Positions 48,278 to 57,057 of a stretch of DNA of 64,000 bases are shown here, piece after piece. Source of the stretch: Bacteroidales bacterium (GTDB taxonomy: Bacteria > Bacteroidota > Bacteroidia > Bacteroidales > UBA932); the NCBI GenBank assembly GCA_022648545.1, contig JALCMP010000005.1:11738-75737 (forward strand), written 5' to 3'. The position numbers and the translations under genes are program-made. Numbering within the stretch: position 1 is the stretch's first letter; the number at the start of each line of letters is the position of its first letter. The notes beneath the pieces are model-generated. The model worked only from the letters and a program-made list of their open reading frames with translations, made no database searches and was not told the origin of the DNA.

Positions 48278-48795
48278 TTTCTGGAAAGAATTTGGAATCG
48301 GAAGGAAATATTATTTTCCGTATCATGTATCAACGGTTCTTCCGAACTCTTTTTCCATATCAGCGGGTCGATATACGGAAAGAAGGCATCTGCTCCGGGT
48401 GCCTTTGCGAATATTCTCGTTATATATAATTTATTTGCATGATCAAGTGCGGCTGCAAATAGCTGTGTCCCTCCAATTGCGAATATTTCTTCGTCCGAGG
48501 TAGCTGCTTTTTTTAAAATTCCGGAAAGATCATTTTCGAATGTTATTCCGGTGTCACTTCCCTTCGGATATTTTTCCGATATAGCGGAAAAAACTGTCGG
48601 GTTTCTTGTTAAAACTATGTTTTGTCTGTGGGGCAGCGGTTTGCCTATGGATTCGAACGTTTTTCTCCCCATTATAACGGTATGCCCGGAAGTCTTTCTT
48701 TTAAAATATTTAAGGTCATCGGACAAGTGCCATAAAAGATTGTTCTTTTTTCCTATGGCGTTATCGTCTGCCATAGCTACGATTATGGAAAGCAT
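48274..48795 (-). CDS. folA: Dihydrofolate reductase
   Basis: IVAMADDNAIGKKNNLLWHL, VIMGRKTFESIG and IGGTQLF. Length is 173 aa. Confidence 0.9.
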   Translation of the reverse strand: MLSIIVAMADDNAIGKKNNLLWHLSDDLKYFKRKTSGHTVIMGRKTFESIGKPLPHRQNIVLTRNPTVFSAISEKYPKGSDTGITFENDLSGILKKAATSDEEIFAIGGTQLFAAALDHANKLYITRIFAKAPGADAFFPYIDPLIWKKSSEEPLIHDTENNISFRFQILSRK

Positions 48796-48834
48796 TGTTT
48801 TTATTTATGTTTAATAAGGGATTCCAAATAAGTT

Positions 48835-49629
48835 TTAAACTGCTACCGGCGCCTTTATGCCGGGATAAGGATCGTAACCCGTGAGTTCGAAATCTTCATA
48901 TGAAAAATCGAAAATGCTTTTTTGATTGCCTTTGATTTTCATTTCGGGCAACTTCCGCGGTGTCCTGGAAAGTTGTGTGCGGACCTGTTCTAAATGATTG
49001 AGGTATATATGGGTATCGCCAGTTGTATGGATGAATTCGCCAGGCTCGTAACCGCATACTTTTGCAACCATCATGGTTAATAGTGCATAAGAGGCTATAT
49101 TAAATGGTACTCCAAGGAATACGTCAGCGCTTCGCTGGTAGAGCTGGCATGAGAGTTTGTTCCCGGCTACGTAGAATTGAAATAGCGTATGGCAGGGAGG
49201 TAAAGCCATATTTCTTATATCGGCAACATTCCATGCTGAAATTATCAGTCTTCTGGATTCGGGATGAGTTTTTATTTGTTCCATAAGTTCGGCCAACTGA
49301 TCTATCTCACGGCCGTCAGCAGTTTTCCAGTGTCTCCATTGTGCTCCGTAGACCGGCCCCAGATTGCCATTCTCATCCGCCCATTCGTCCCATATGGAAA
49401 CTCCGTGGTCATTCAGATATTTTATATTTGTATCACCCTTTATGAACCATAGTAATTCGTAAATAATAGACTTAAGATGCACTTTTTTCGTAGTAAGAAG
49501 AGGAAAACCCTTTTGCAGGTCGAAACGCATCTGATATCCGAATATGCTTTTTGTTCCGGTTCCCGTCCTGTCCTGTTTTACGGTACCGTCTTTCATTATT
49601 TTGTCCAGAAGTTGGAGGTATTGTAGCAT
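48835..49629 (-). CDS. thyA: Thymidylate synthase (ThyA type)
   Basis: MLQYLQLL N-terminus, [16 protein letters not shown], catalytic Cys in [12 protein letters not shown], and DTHIY. The ATG at 49629 gives the canonical 264 aa. Confidence 0.95.
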   Translation of the reverse strand: MLQYLQLLDKIMKDGTVKQDRTGTGTKSIFGYQMRFDLQKGFPLLTTKKVHLKSIIYELLWFIKGDTNIKYLNDHGVSIWDEWADENGNLGPVYGAQWRHWKTADGREIDQLAELMEQIKTHPESRRLIISAWNVADIRNMALPPCHTLFQFYVAGNKLSCQLYQRSADVFLGVPFNIASYALLTMMVAKVCGYEPGEFIHTTGDTHIYLNHLEQVRTQLSRTPRKLPEMKIKGNQKSIFDFSYEDFELTGYDPYPGIKAPVAV

Positions 49630-49648
49630 TTTTTGTTTTATTATGTAG

Positions 49649-49656
49649 CAAAAATA
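49649..49656 (-). promoter_or_regulatory. Candidate -7 box TATTTTTG upstream of thyA
   Basis: The reverse complement of CAAAAATA matches TAnnTTTG, 19 nt upstream of the thyA ATG, in the 34-nt gap after the EEP gene stop. Confidence 0.4.
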
Positions 49657-49663
49657 ATAATTT

Positions 49664-50647
49664 TTAATAGTCCGGACCATATAATTTTAGAATTACGGGT
49701 AAATGGTCACTTATGCCTCCAAGGTATCTTGGCCCTGAATATGTGCGTCTTGGCTTTATTCCCAGGAAGGAATCGTCGTGTTCCAGAAGGAAATCCGGGG
49801 CAAATATTTCCATGCCGCCTTTTTTGCAGTAAATCCACAGGAAAGGGACTCTGTCCTTATTCCTGTTTAAAAGGAGATTCGGCGATACTATAAACTGATC
49901 TATTCTTTCCCAGTTCCCCCTGTATTTATGAGAGCCCTCTATTTTTCCGAACCTCGACAGCTTTCCTCCCGTTACTTTTGCGCAGGGAGCCATATTGTGC
50001 AATCCGTGCAGATTGCCTGCGGCTTTAGAATGGGGGGAATCGTTGAAATCACCCATTATAACAAGACGCGCTCTTTTGTCCGCCATACGTATGGAGTCCA
50101 CGAGTTTTTCCGTGAGCATGGAAACCGACATCCTCTTTTTGTACGAGGCTCGCGCTCCTCCGAACTTGGAAGGCCAGTGTACTACGATGCAGTGCAGGGT
50201 ATCCATCGAGCGTACGAGCCCTTTTACGTATAGTATCTGTCTTGTCTTAGCTATCGAGTCCGGAATTGTAATGAATCTTACCTTTATGGGCCGGAAGATT
50301 TTTCCTCTATACAGCATTGCTGCATCTATGCCTCTTTTGTCGGGGGAGTCCCTGTGTATTATTTCATATCCTGCCCCTGCTATGGCGGTATTTTCCGCAA
50401 GCTGTTTTAGAACGAAATGATTTTCCACTTCTGCCATTCCTATTACAGCCGGAAAAACGCCGTAGCGATCCTTTACGAGCAAGATCGTTTTTGCGATGCC
50501 GTCGCGTTTCCTGCAGAATTTTTTCCATGTCCATCCCCGCTTCCCGCGCGGAGTAAATTCTTCGTCCGCCGTGTGCGGATCGTCGAAGCTGTCGAAATAA
50601 TTTTCCACGTTCCAAAACATTACAAGAAGAAGCAGTATTTCTTTCAT
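49664..50647 (-). CDS. Endonuclease/exonuclease/phosphatase (EEP) family protein
   Basis: N-terminal FWNVENYFD (metal-binding Asn/Glu), internal GDFND and C-terminal ISDHLPV, which are the EEP signature. A short hydrophobic N-terminus is present. Confidence 0.75.
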   Translation of the reverse strand: MKEILLLLVMFWNVENYFDSFDDPHTADEEFTPRGKRGWTWKKFCRKRDGIAKTILLVKDRYGVFPAVIGMAEVENHFVLKQLAENTAIAGAGYEIIHRDSPDKRGIDAAMLYRGKIFRPIKVRFITIPDSIAKTRQILYVKGLVRSMDTLHCIVVHWPSKFGGARASYKKRMSVSMLTEKLVDSIRMADKRARLVIMGDFNDSPHSKAAGNLHGLHNMAPCAKVTGGKLSRFGKIEGSHKYRGNWERIDQFIVSPNLLLNRNKDRVPFLWIYCKKGGMEIFAPDFLLEHDDSFLGIKPRRTYSGPRYLGGISDHLPVILKLYGPDY

Positions 50648-50756
50648 CTTGTAAAAATAATGCTTCTAATGGTCTATGTAGTCCGTCTGTGGCAAATAAA
50701 AATATATAATCGTAAAATTTTGAATAACTTTGGGGTCCATTAAAAATTTTTGAGAA

Positions 50757-51860
50757 ATGTCTTTGAATTGCGGTATCGTGGGATTGCCTAACGTAGGCAA
50801 ATCAACTCTTTTTAATTGTATTGGATCGGGGAAGGCGCAGGCTGCCAATTTCCCTTTTTGCACTATAGAACCGAATATAGGATCAACGAATGTTCCTGAC
50901 GACAGACTTACGGTGCTTGCCAAAATGGTTGAGCCTGCAAGGGTAGTGCCCGCTACGGTCGAGATAGTGGATATAGCCGGACTGGTAAAGGGGGCGAGTA
51001 AAGGGGAAGGTCTTGGTAATCAATTTCTTGCAAATATAAGGGAAACCGATGCCATATTGCATGTCCTGCGCTGTTTCGATGATCCCAATGTTGTTCATGT
51101 TAACGGTACTGTTGATCCGGTGAGGGATAAGGAAATAATAGATACCGAATTGCAGCTCAAGGATCTGGAAACCGTGGAAAGTCGTCTGGCCAAATCCCGG
51201 AAGCAGGCGCAGACCGGAGGTGACAAGCAGGCGAAAAAATTATGCGAAGTCCTGGAACTTTACAGATCTGCATTATCTGAGGGGAAATCGGCAAGAACTG
51301 TAATATTGGAAAACGAAGAAGATATTAAAATAGCAAAGGATCTGTTCCTGCTTACCAACAAACCCGTTTTGTACGTCTGCAACGTTGATGAAAATAGTGC
51401 GAAAGACGGAAATAAATATGTGCAGCAGGTAAGGGATGCCGTAAAGGGTGAGAATGCGGGGATACTTGTAATTGCTGCAAAAATTGAATCCGAAATAGCC
51501 GAGCTCGAGACTTTTGAAGAGAGGCAAATGTTTCTTAATGAAATAGGACTGGAAAAGTCGGGAGTGGAAAGGCTTATTAGAAGCGCATATACTCTTCTTG
51601 ATCTTGAGACTTTCTTTACGGAAGGAAAAGACGAAGTCCGCGCCTGGACTTTCAGCAAGGGGAATAAGGCACCACAGGCAGCAGGTGTTATACATACGGA
51701 TTTTGAAAAGGGATTTATCCGTGCTGAAGTGATAAAATATGACGATTTTGTAAAATACGGTTCTGAATCGGCATGCCGCAATGCCGGCAGGCTTGCTACA
51801 GAAGGAAAGGATTATATCGTGCAGGACGGCGATATAATGCACTTCCTCTTTAATGTATAG
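50757..51860 (+). CDS. ychF: Ribosome-binding ATPase YchF
   Basis: GIVGLPNVGKSTLFN, VDIAGLVKGAS, and a TGS-like C-terminus (VRAWT...GVIHTDFEKGFIRAEV). Length is 367 aa. Confidence 0.95.
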   Translation: MSLNCGIVGLPNVGKSTLFNCIGSGKAQAANFPFCTIEPNIGSTNVPDDRLTVLAKMVEPARVVPATVEIVDIAGLVKGASKGEGLGNQFLANIRETDAILHVLRCFDDPNVVHVNGTVDPVRDKEIIDTELQLKDLETVESRLAKSRKQAQTGGDKQAKKLCEVLELYRSALSEGKSARTVILENEEDIKIAKDLFLLTNKPVLYVCNVDENSAKDGNKYVQQVRDAVKGENAGILVIAAKIESEIAELETFEERQMFLNEIGLEKSGVERLIRSAYTLLDLETFFTEGKDEVRAWTFSKGNKAPQAAGVIHTDFEKGFIRAEVIKYDDFVKYGSESACRNAGRLATEGKDYIVQDGDIMHFLFNV

Positions 51861-51882
51861 AAGTACAGGTTATCTGCGTCTA

Positions 51883-54441
51883 TCAGGCTTCAATTGCGGC
51901 CGTACGTTTGCGTTTGCCGGATATTCCTGCCGCAATGCATCCGAGCAGCCACAGGATTATGAGGATTGAAGCCGTCTTTGATATCGTTTCTCCCGTAGAA
52001 AAGCTTTTGGGCTCGAAGGAAAACTCTATTTCGCCTTTTCCGGCCGGAAGAGCGAGTCCTCTGAGTATATAGTCGGCCCTGAATATATTAAGTTTCCTTG
52101 CCTTTCCGTCGTCCGTTTTTAACATTGCGTTCCATCCCGGTTCATAATATACTTCGCTGAAAACCGCAATGCGGGGCGACCGGCTATCGTATTTATATTT
52201 AAGGATGTTCGGAGAGTATGACGACAGATATATCAACGAACCTTCACTATCGCCCGTTCCAATATCTTTCTTATCATAAAACGAACCCAGATATTTGTCA
52301 TTTGCGAATTTTTCATTTATTACGCATTCTTTGGACGGATCACATGTAAGTAAATTGGTCATTTCATGATTTGCATCGGGCGCCTTTATTAATTTATCTG
52401 CGAACCAGGCATTTCCAAAAGCATATTTATTTCTTAGCGGCGGATAATTTCCGTTTATGATTATGTATTTCGTATTCAGCATGGACAATACGTGTTCGTA
52501 CGGAAGCGAATCTTCCGCTCCCTTGAGAGTTCTTGTATTTTTAAGCCCGTTGGATATGGAATTGATTTCGGGAGTAAGGCAGAAATCTATTATATCCTGA
52601 TAACGCTGCAGTTTTGCAGGGCTGTATCCGCCTATTGTTTTGTGGTAATAACTGGAGTAGGAATTGTTGAAAGGATCTATGCTGAGATCCAGAACCCTGT
52701 AGTCAGGATCTCCGTCCTTAAGAATCATTTTGTCTGCAGGACGTTCGGCTACGGCTTTTCTGAATTCCCTTTTGGTTACGAAATGCGAATCGTTCAAATA
52801 CCTTTTATCTATCGTCCACATGTCTATCAGAACCAGTGCCGATAGTATTATGGCGGCATTGCTGCCGGTTATTTTCTTAATATATCCCAGCCATAATGTT
52901 CCGGCTGCGAGGAGAATGAAGATCATGCTTCTGAAGGCATCGCTGCGCAGAAGGGCTATTCTGTCCTCGGAAAGGGCTGAAGCTATGGCTCCGGGAAGTC
53001 CGGCATCGCCATCGGATGTGAAATTACCTGCAATGGAGGGGAACAGGACCATAAGGAGACATATTCCTGCGGTTATTCCGATAGCCCACCCGAATCCGGA
53101 AGTCGTTTTTTTCTTGTCGGCCGAAGGCGCTTTGCAGAGCAGTTTGTCGGCCGTCAGCACGGCCATTATGGGCAGAAGGAACTGCAGCGATACGAGAATC
53201 ATGGAAACCGTCCTGAATTTGTTGTATAGTGGTGCATATTTGAAGAAAAATTCAGAAACGGGCATCATATGGTATCCCCATGCAAGGAATAAGACGAGCA
53301 GTCCGGTTGCCGATATCCACCATTTGAGTCCTCCTTTAAGGACGAAGAATCCCAGCACGAACAGAAATATTATTATTGCGCCCATGTACATGGGGCCCGC
53401 CGTAAATGGTTGCGGTCCCCAGTAAAGAGGAAGATGTCCCATTATGTCTCCGGTGCGATATCCGTTTGCCTTCAATGCCTTATATGTAGCGGAATTCTCG
53501 TTCAGACTGCCGGAAGAAGCCCCTCCCTTAAGGTTAGGTATAAGCATGTTCAGAGATTCCCCTATACCGTATGACCATTGAGTTGCATATTTAAGATCCA
53601 GGCCCTTTCGTTTTACCGTTCCTGTCGGTGCCGGCGTATCCCCCCTGCCGTTTAAAGAAAGTTCCGATCCTCCGCGCATGGAATGTCCGGAATATTCGTA
53701 TGTCGGAAGGAGATGATTCATATTTAAAGCTATGCCTATGATTCCGGCTGCCAGGATAATGGCTGATGTCTTTGCAAATCCGGGTATCTTCTTGTTTTTA
53801 ACTGCCTCTATGAATTTCCAGATGGCATAGCCGAAGACTATTATCGCCAGGTAATATGTAATCTGCGGATGATTTGCCTTTATCTGAAAACTTAGTGCAA
53901 GGGCAAAAAACAACCCCGACACCAGCGTCCCTTTTTTATATGCGTATACGATCGCCGCCAGAACCCATGGAGCAAAGGCTATGGCCATCATTTTTGTGTT
54001 GTGTCCGACCTGTATTATCTGCATGTTGTATGAGCAGAAAGTTACGGCTATTGCTCCAAGTATGGCCAAGTATATGTTTATCCCGAATGCCAGAAATAGC
54101 AGGAATGCTCCTATCATGGATATTATAAGATAGCTTGCAGGACGTTTGCCTATGAACAGCAGATCGTAAATATACTTTGTAATATCGCCCTTGTATATGA
54201 CGGATATTGTTGTCGCCGGCATTCCTCCGAACATGGAATTCGTCCATAATGCCCTTTCGCCCGGATGGCTGTCGTTATAGCTTGTTATTTCGTGCGACAT
54301 GCCGAGCCAGCTGGAAATATCAGACTGATTGACGACCTTTCCGGAGAGCGTCTGAGGGGCATAGGAATAAGCGATTGCAATAAATGCAGCTATTGCAAGG
54401 ATATATGGAAGTATTTTCTTTAAATCGAATTTATTTTTCAT
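51883..54441 (-). CDS. YfhO-like polytopic membrane protein (putative GT-C-type glycosyltransferase)
   Basis: About 13 predicted TM helices sit in the first 560 aa or so, followed by a large soluble C-terminal domain and a final TM. The N-terminus (LSGKVVNQSDISSWLGMSHEI...ALWTNSMFGGMPA) resembles YfhO-family proteins as I remember them. The start overlaps the upstream stop by 11 nt. Confidence 0.7.
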   Translation of the reverse strand: MKNKFDLKKILPYILAIAAFIAIAYSYAPQTLSGKVVNQSDISSWLGMSHEITSYNDSHPGERALWTNSMFGGMPATTISVIYKGDITKYIYDLLFIGKRPASYLIISMIGAFLLFLAFGINIYLAILGAIAVTFCSYNMQIIQVGHNTKMMAIAFAPWVLAAIVYAYKKGTLVSGLFFALALSFQIKANHPQITYYLAIIVFGYAIWKFIEAVKNKKIPGFAKTSAIILAAGIIGIALNMNHLLPTYEYSGHSMRGGSELSLNGRGDTPAPTGTVKRKGLDLKYATQWSYGIGESLNMLIPNLKGGASSGSLNENSATYKALKANGYRTGDIMGHLPLYWGPQPFTAGPMYMGAIIIFLFVLGFFVLKGGLKWWISATGLLVLFLAWGYHMMPVSEFFFKYAPLYNKFRTVSMILVSLQFLLPIMAVLTADKLLCKAPSADKKKTTSGFGWAIGITAGICLLMVLFPSIAGNFTSDGDAGLPGAIASALSEDRIALLRSDAFRSMIFILLAAGTLWLGYIKKITGSNAAIILSALVLIDMWTIDKRYLNDSHFVTKREFRKAVAERPADKMILKDGDPDYRVLDLSIDPFNNSYSSYYHKTIGGYSPAKLQRYQDIIDFCLTPEINSISNGLKNTRTLKGAEDSLPYEHVLSMLNTKYIIINGNYPPLRNKYAFGNAWFADKLIKAPDANHEMTNLLTCDPSKECVINEKFANDKYLGSFYDKKDIGTGDSEGSLIYLSSYSPNILKYKYDSRSPRIAVFSEVYYEPGWNAMLKTDDGKARKLNIFRADYILRGLALPAGKGEIEFSFEPKSFSTGETISKTASILIILWLLGCIAAGISGKRKRTAAIEA

Positions 54442-55855
54442 GATTTTTTTCCGTTAGATTGAAAAGAAGTTCTGCAAGTTCTCCCGTAAGAGTTATTCTG
54501 GAGAATTTGGAAGAAGCGGGGCCGGCCTTTTGATTTTCATTGTTATAATTTCCGGTATTTTCTGATTCCGCAAGGAATTCATCATAAGATTTATCTATAG
54601 CTGCTCTTATGCCCTCCCTGTTGTCCCAGTCGCATATTTTACCCGATCCTGTTTCAGCGAGCGCTCCTGCAAGTTCACCGTCTTCGGGGCCGAAAGCCAG
54701 AATCTTTGAACCGGCTGCAAGATATTCGAAAAATTTCCCCGTCAAGATAGCTGCCGATTCAGGTTCCTTCCTTAAGGGAAGCAGCAGCAGCGAGGCCTTT
54801 TTCTGCCATATTATGGCTTCAGAATGGGATACATACCCCCTGTCCGAAAAATTTTTTTCCAGTCCGTTCTTTTTTATATCACTATAAATACTCTCATCGG
54901 TTTGTCCCATAACCACTATCCGCAGATTTACGGCAAATTTGCCGTCCGTTGCGGCCTTTTTCCCGAGTTCTTCCCATAAAACGTCGGGGTTACCGTCGTT
55001 TACCAGAATTCCGGTATGTACGATAGTAAAGCATGTATTATCGCGGGAGATGCCCGATGCTCCCTTAAAGTCTCCGGGATCGTAGCCGTTTGTTATTACC
55101 TTTATGGGTGTGGATGTCCGTTTTGCAAAATCGGACTTCATTTTTTCGGAAACAACAATTAAGGATGAAGCGTCGTCAATAACCTTCTGCTCCAGTTTCA
55201 AATGTTTGCGTCTGGCAGGTCCGGTTAGTTTCAGATGTTTGAAATAGAAGACTTCCGTCCACGGATCCCTGAAATCGGCTATCCATGGGATATGCGTTTT
55301 AATATGCAGCTTGTGCCCTATCAGATGCATCGAATGCGGCGGCCCGGTAGTTATTATGGCATCCACAGGATGCCTTGCAAGGTATTTGTACAGATATTTC
55401 ACCGACGGTCTTATCCACCAGCATCTCGGGTCCGGAATGAAGAAATTTCCCCGTATGAACAACGAAATTTTTCCGGTGAGAGACAAATGTGCACTGTCTG
55501 CTACTATATTGGCTTTTATAAATTTTCCGCCGCTTTTTCCGTTTCCCGACTTTTTGCCCGTGAATATTTTGTAGAGGCTATAGGGTTCGGTTATCTTGTG
55601 TTTTATTATTATAGTCCCCGGAAGTATGTCTTTTTCCAGATCGGGATCTTCCGCATTAACTTCAGGATTTGACGGCGTATATATAACGGGTTCCCATCCG
55701 AATTCATGCAGGTATTTCGAAAATTTCAGCCAGCGCTGTACCCCGGAACCTCCGGAAGGCGGCCAGTAGTATGTGATTACAAGAACCTGTTTCACTTTGC
55801 GGAGAAATTGAGTTTCATATTCGTCACTTAATAAGATATTTGTAAAGTACTGCAT
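54431..55855 (-). CDS. GT-B fold glycosyltransferase (group 1/GT4-like)
   Basis: VLVITYYWPPSGGSGVQRW N-terminal loop and C-terminal GKFFEYLAAGSKILAFG nucleotide-sugar-binding-like region. The start is uncertain: candidates are ATG 55861, ATG 55855 or GTG 55795. The first two overlap the upstream gene end. Confidence 0.7.
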   Translation of the reverse strand: MQYFTNILLSDEYETQFLRKVKQVLVITYYWPPSGGSGVQRWLKFSKYLHEFGWEPVIYTPSNPEVNAEDPDLEKDILPGTIIIKHKITEPYSLYKIFTGKKSGNGKSGGKFIKANIVADSAHLSLTGKISLFIRGNFFIPDPRCWWIRPSVKYLYKYLARHPVDAIITTGPPHSMHLIGHKLHIKTHIPWIADFRDPWTEVFYFKHLKLTGPARRKHLKLEQKVIDDASSLIVVSEKMKSDFAKRTSTPIKVITNGYDPGDFKGASGISRDNTCFTIVHTGILVNDGNPDVLWEELGKKAATDGKFAVNLRIVVMGQTDESIYSDIKKNGLEKNFSDRGYVSHSEAIIWQKKASLLLLPLRKEPESAAILTGKFFEYLAAGSKILAFGPEDGELAGALAETGSGKICDWDNREGIRAAIDKSYDEFLAESENTGNYNNENQKAGPASSKFSRITLTGELAELLFNLTEKNHEK

Positions 55856-56987
55856 CCACATCCTTATGGAAAGTAAGGAAATAGTTCTCGTATCTTTCAT
55901 CTATTCCGTTGGTTATAACAACAAAACCGAAATGTTCCGCAGGATCGAAGAAGAAAGATGAATAAACTCCGTATGCGCTTCCCGTATGTCCTGTCATTAT
56001 CTTGCCGGGGAGCACCTGTCCGGTTATTTCCAGAGCCAGACCGTATTTATCTCCGCTTTCAGTGGAATCCGCCTGCACGCTTTGCATTATCCTGGAACTA
56101 TTTTCCGAAAGGATCCTTACATTTCCTTCCGATCCATTATTCATGTGCATTATCATTATTTTTGCCAGTCCGGATGCAGAAATTTTCATGCCTCCGGTAG
56201 GAGAGAAGACCGGCGTGGAAAATCCCATCTTGTAATCGGCGATTTCCCTGCGGCGCGGTGCATAAGCTTCGGGGCTGTATTCGAATTTACATGTCCGGTG
56301 GTTATAATGGTAAAGCTTTACGAATTTGGAAGAATCAAGTGAATTTACGTCATAGCCTCCGTAAATGCCAAGAGGGGTTAGTATGTGGTTGACTATATAT
56401 TTATCGAATCTTTCTCCGCTTACCCGTTCCAGTATCGTGCCGAGCATGTTGAATCCGAGATTGCAGTATTCGTACCTGCTGCCAGGTCTGTAATCGTTAT
56501 ATGCGTTTTGCCAGTTTGCGGTGGAATCCGGATCTATTACATTCAGGCTGAAATATCCGTTTTTATCATTAAGGCTAGAAGTATGTGAAAGAAGCATCCT
56601 TACGGTTATCGTATCGTTCGGGTATTTGGGATTACGGACTCTGAATCCAACCAGTTCCGAAACATCTTCGTTGAGGTTTATCTTTCCCTTTTCAACCTGC
56701 TGCATGAGAGCCGTTGCAGTAAATTGTTTGGATATGGATGCTATCCTGAAGAGGTCGTCCCCCTTAAGCGGGATCTTATTTTCAAGATCATTGTAGCCGA
56801 AATATCCCTGATAAAAGATAGAACTGTCCTTTACGGCAACTACGGCCAGTCCTATGGCTTTGTTGGCAATCATGGTCTTTTTCAGTTCTTTTTCCATTTT
56901 TCTTATGTTATGATTTCCCCCGCATCCCGTTAAGGAAAAGGCTGCTGCCGAAATCATAAGAACCTTTATGCTCCTGAAGATTTTCAT
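55824..56987 (-). CDS. Serine hydrolase, beta-lactamase/PBP4*-like family, lipoprotein
   Basis: Lipobox SLTGC, active-site S-x-x-K in ASISKQFTA, and a downstream Y-x-N-like motif YEYCNLG. Length is 387 aa. Confidence 0.8.
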   Translation of the reverse strand: MKIFRSIKVLMISAAAFSLTGCGGNHNIRKMEKELKKTMIANKAIGLAVVAVKDSSIFYQGYFGYNDLENKIPLKGDDLFRIASISKQFTATALMQQVEKGKINLNEDVSELVGFRVRNPKYPNDTITVRMLLSHTSSLNDKNGYFSLNVIDPDSTANWQNAYNDYRPGSRYEYCNLGFNMLGTILERVSGERFDKYIVNHILTPLGIYGGYDVNSLDSSKFVKLYHYNHRTCKFEYSPEAYAPRRREIADYKMGFSTPVFSPTGGMKISASGLAKIMIMHMNNGSEGNVRILSENSSRIMQSVQADSTESGDKYGLALEITGQVLPGKIMTGHTGSAYGVYSSFFFDPAEHFGFVVITNGIDERYENYFLTFHKDVDAVLYKYLIK

Positions 56988-57044
56988 ACCATTGATTTTT
57001 ATTATCGTAGATTACAAAGATAATTATTTGAAACAAAAATATTG

Positions 57045-57052
57045 TACTTTTG
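57045..57052 (+). promoter_or_regulatory. Candidate -7 box TACTTTTG immediately upstream of mutS
   Basis: Exact TAnnTTTG match whose final G lies 5 nt before the mutS ATG at 57058. Confidence 0.4.
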
Positions 57053-57057
57053 TTTTT

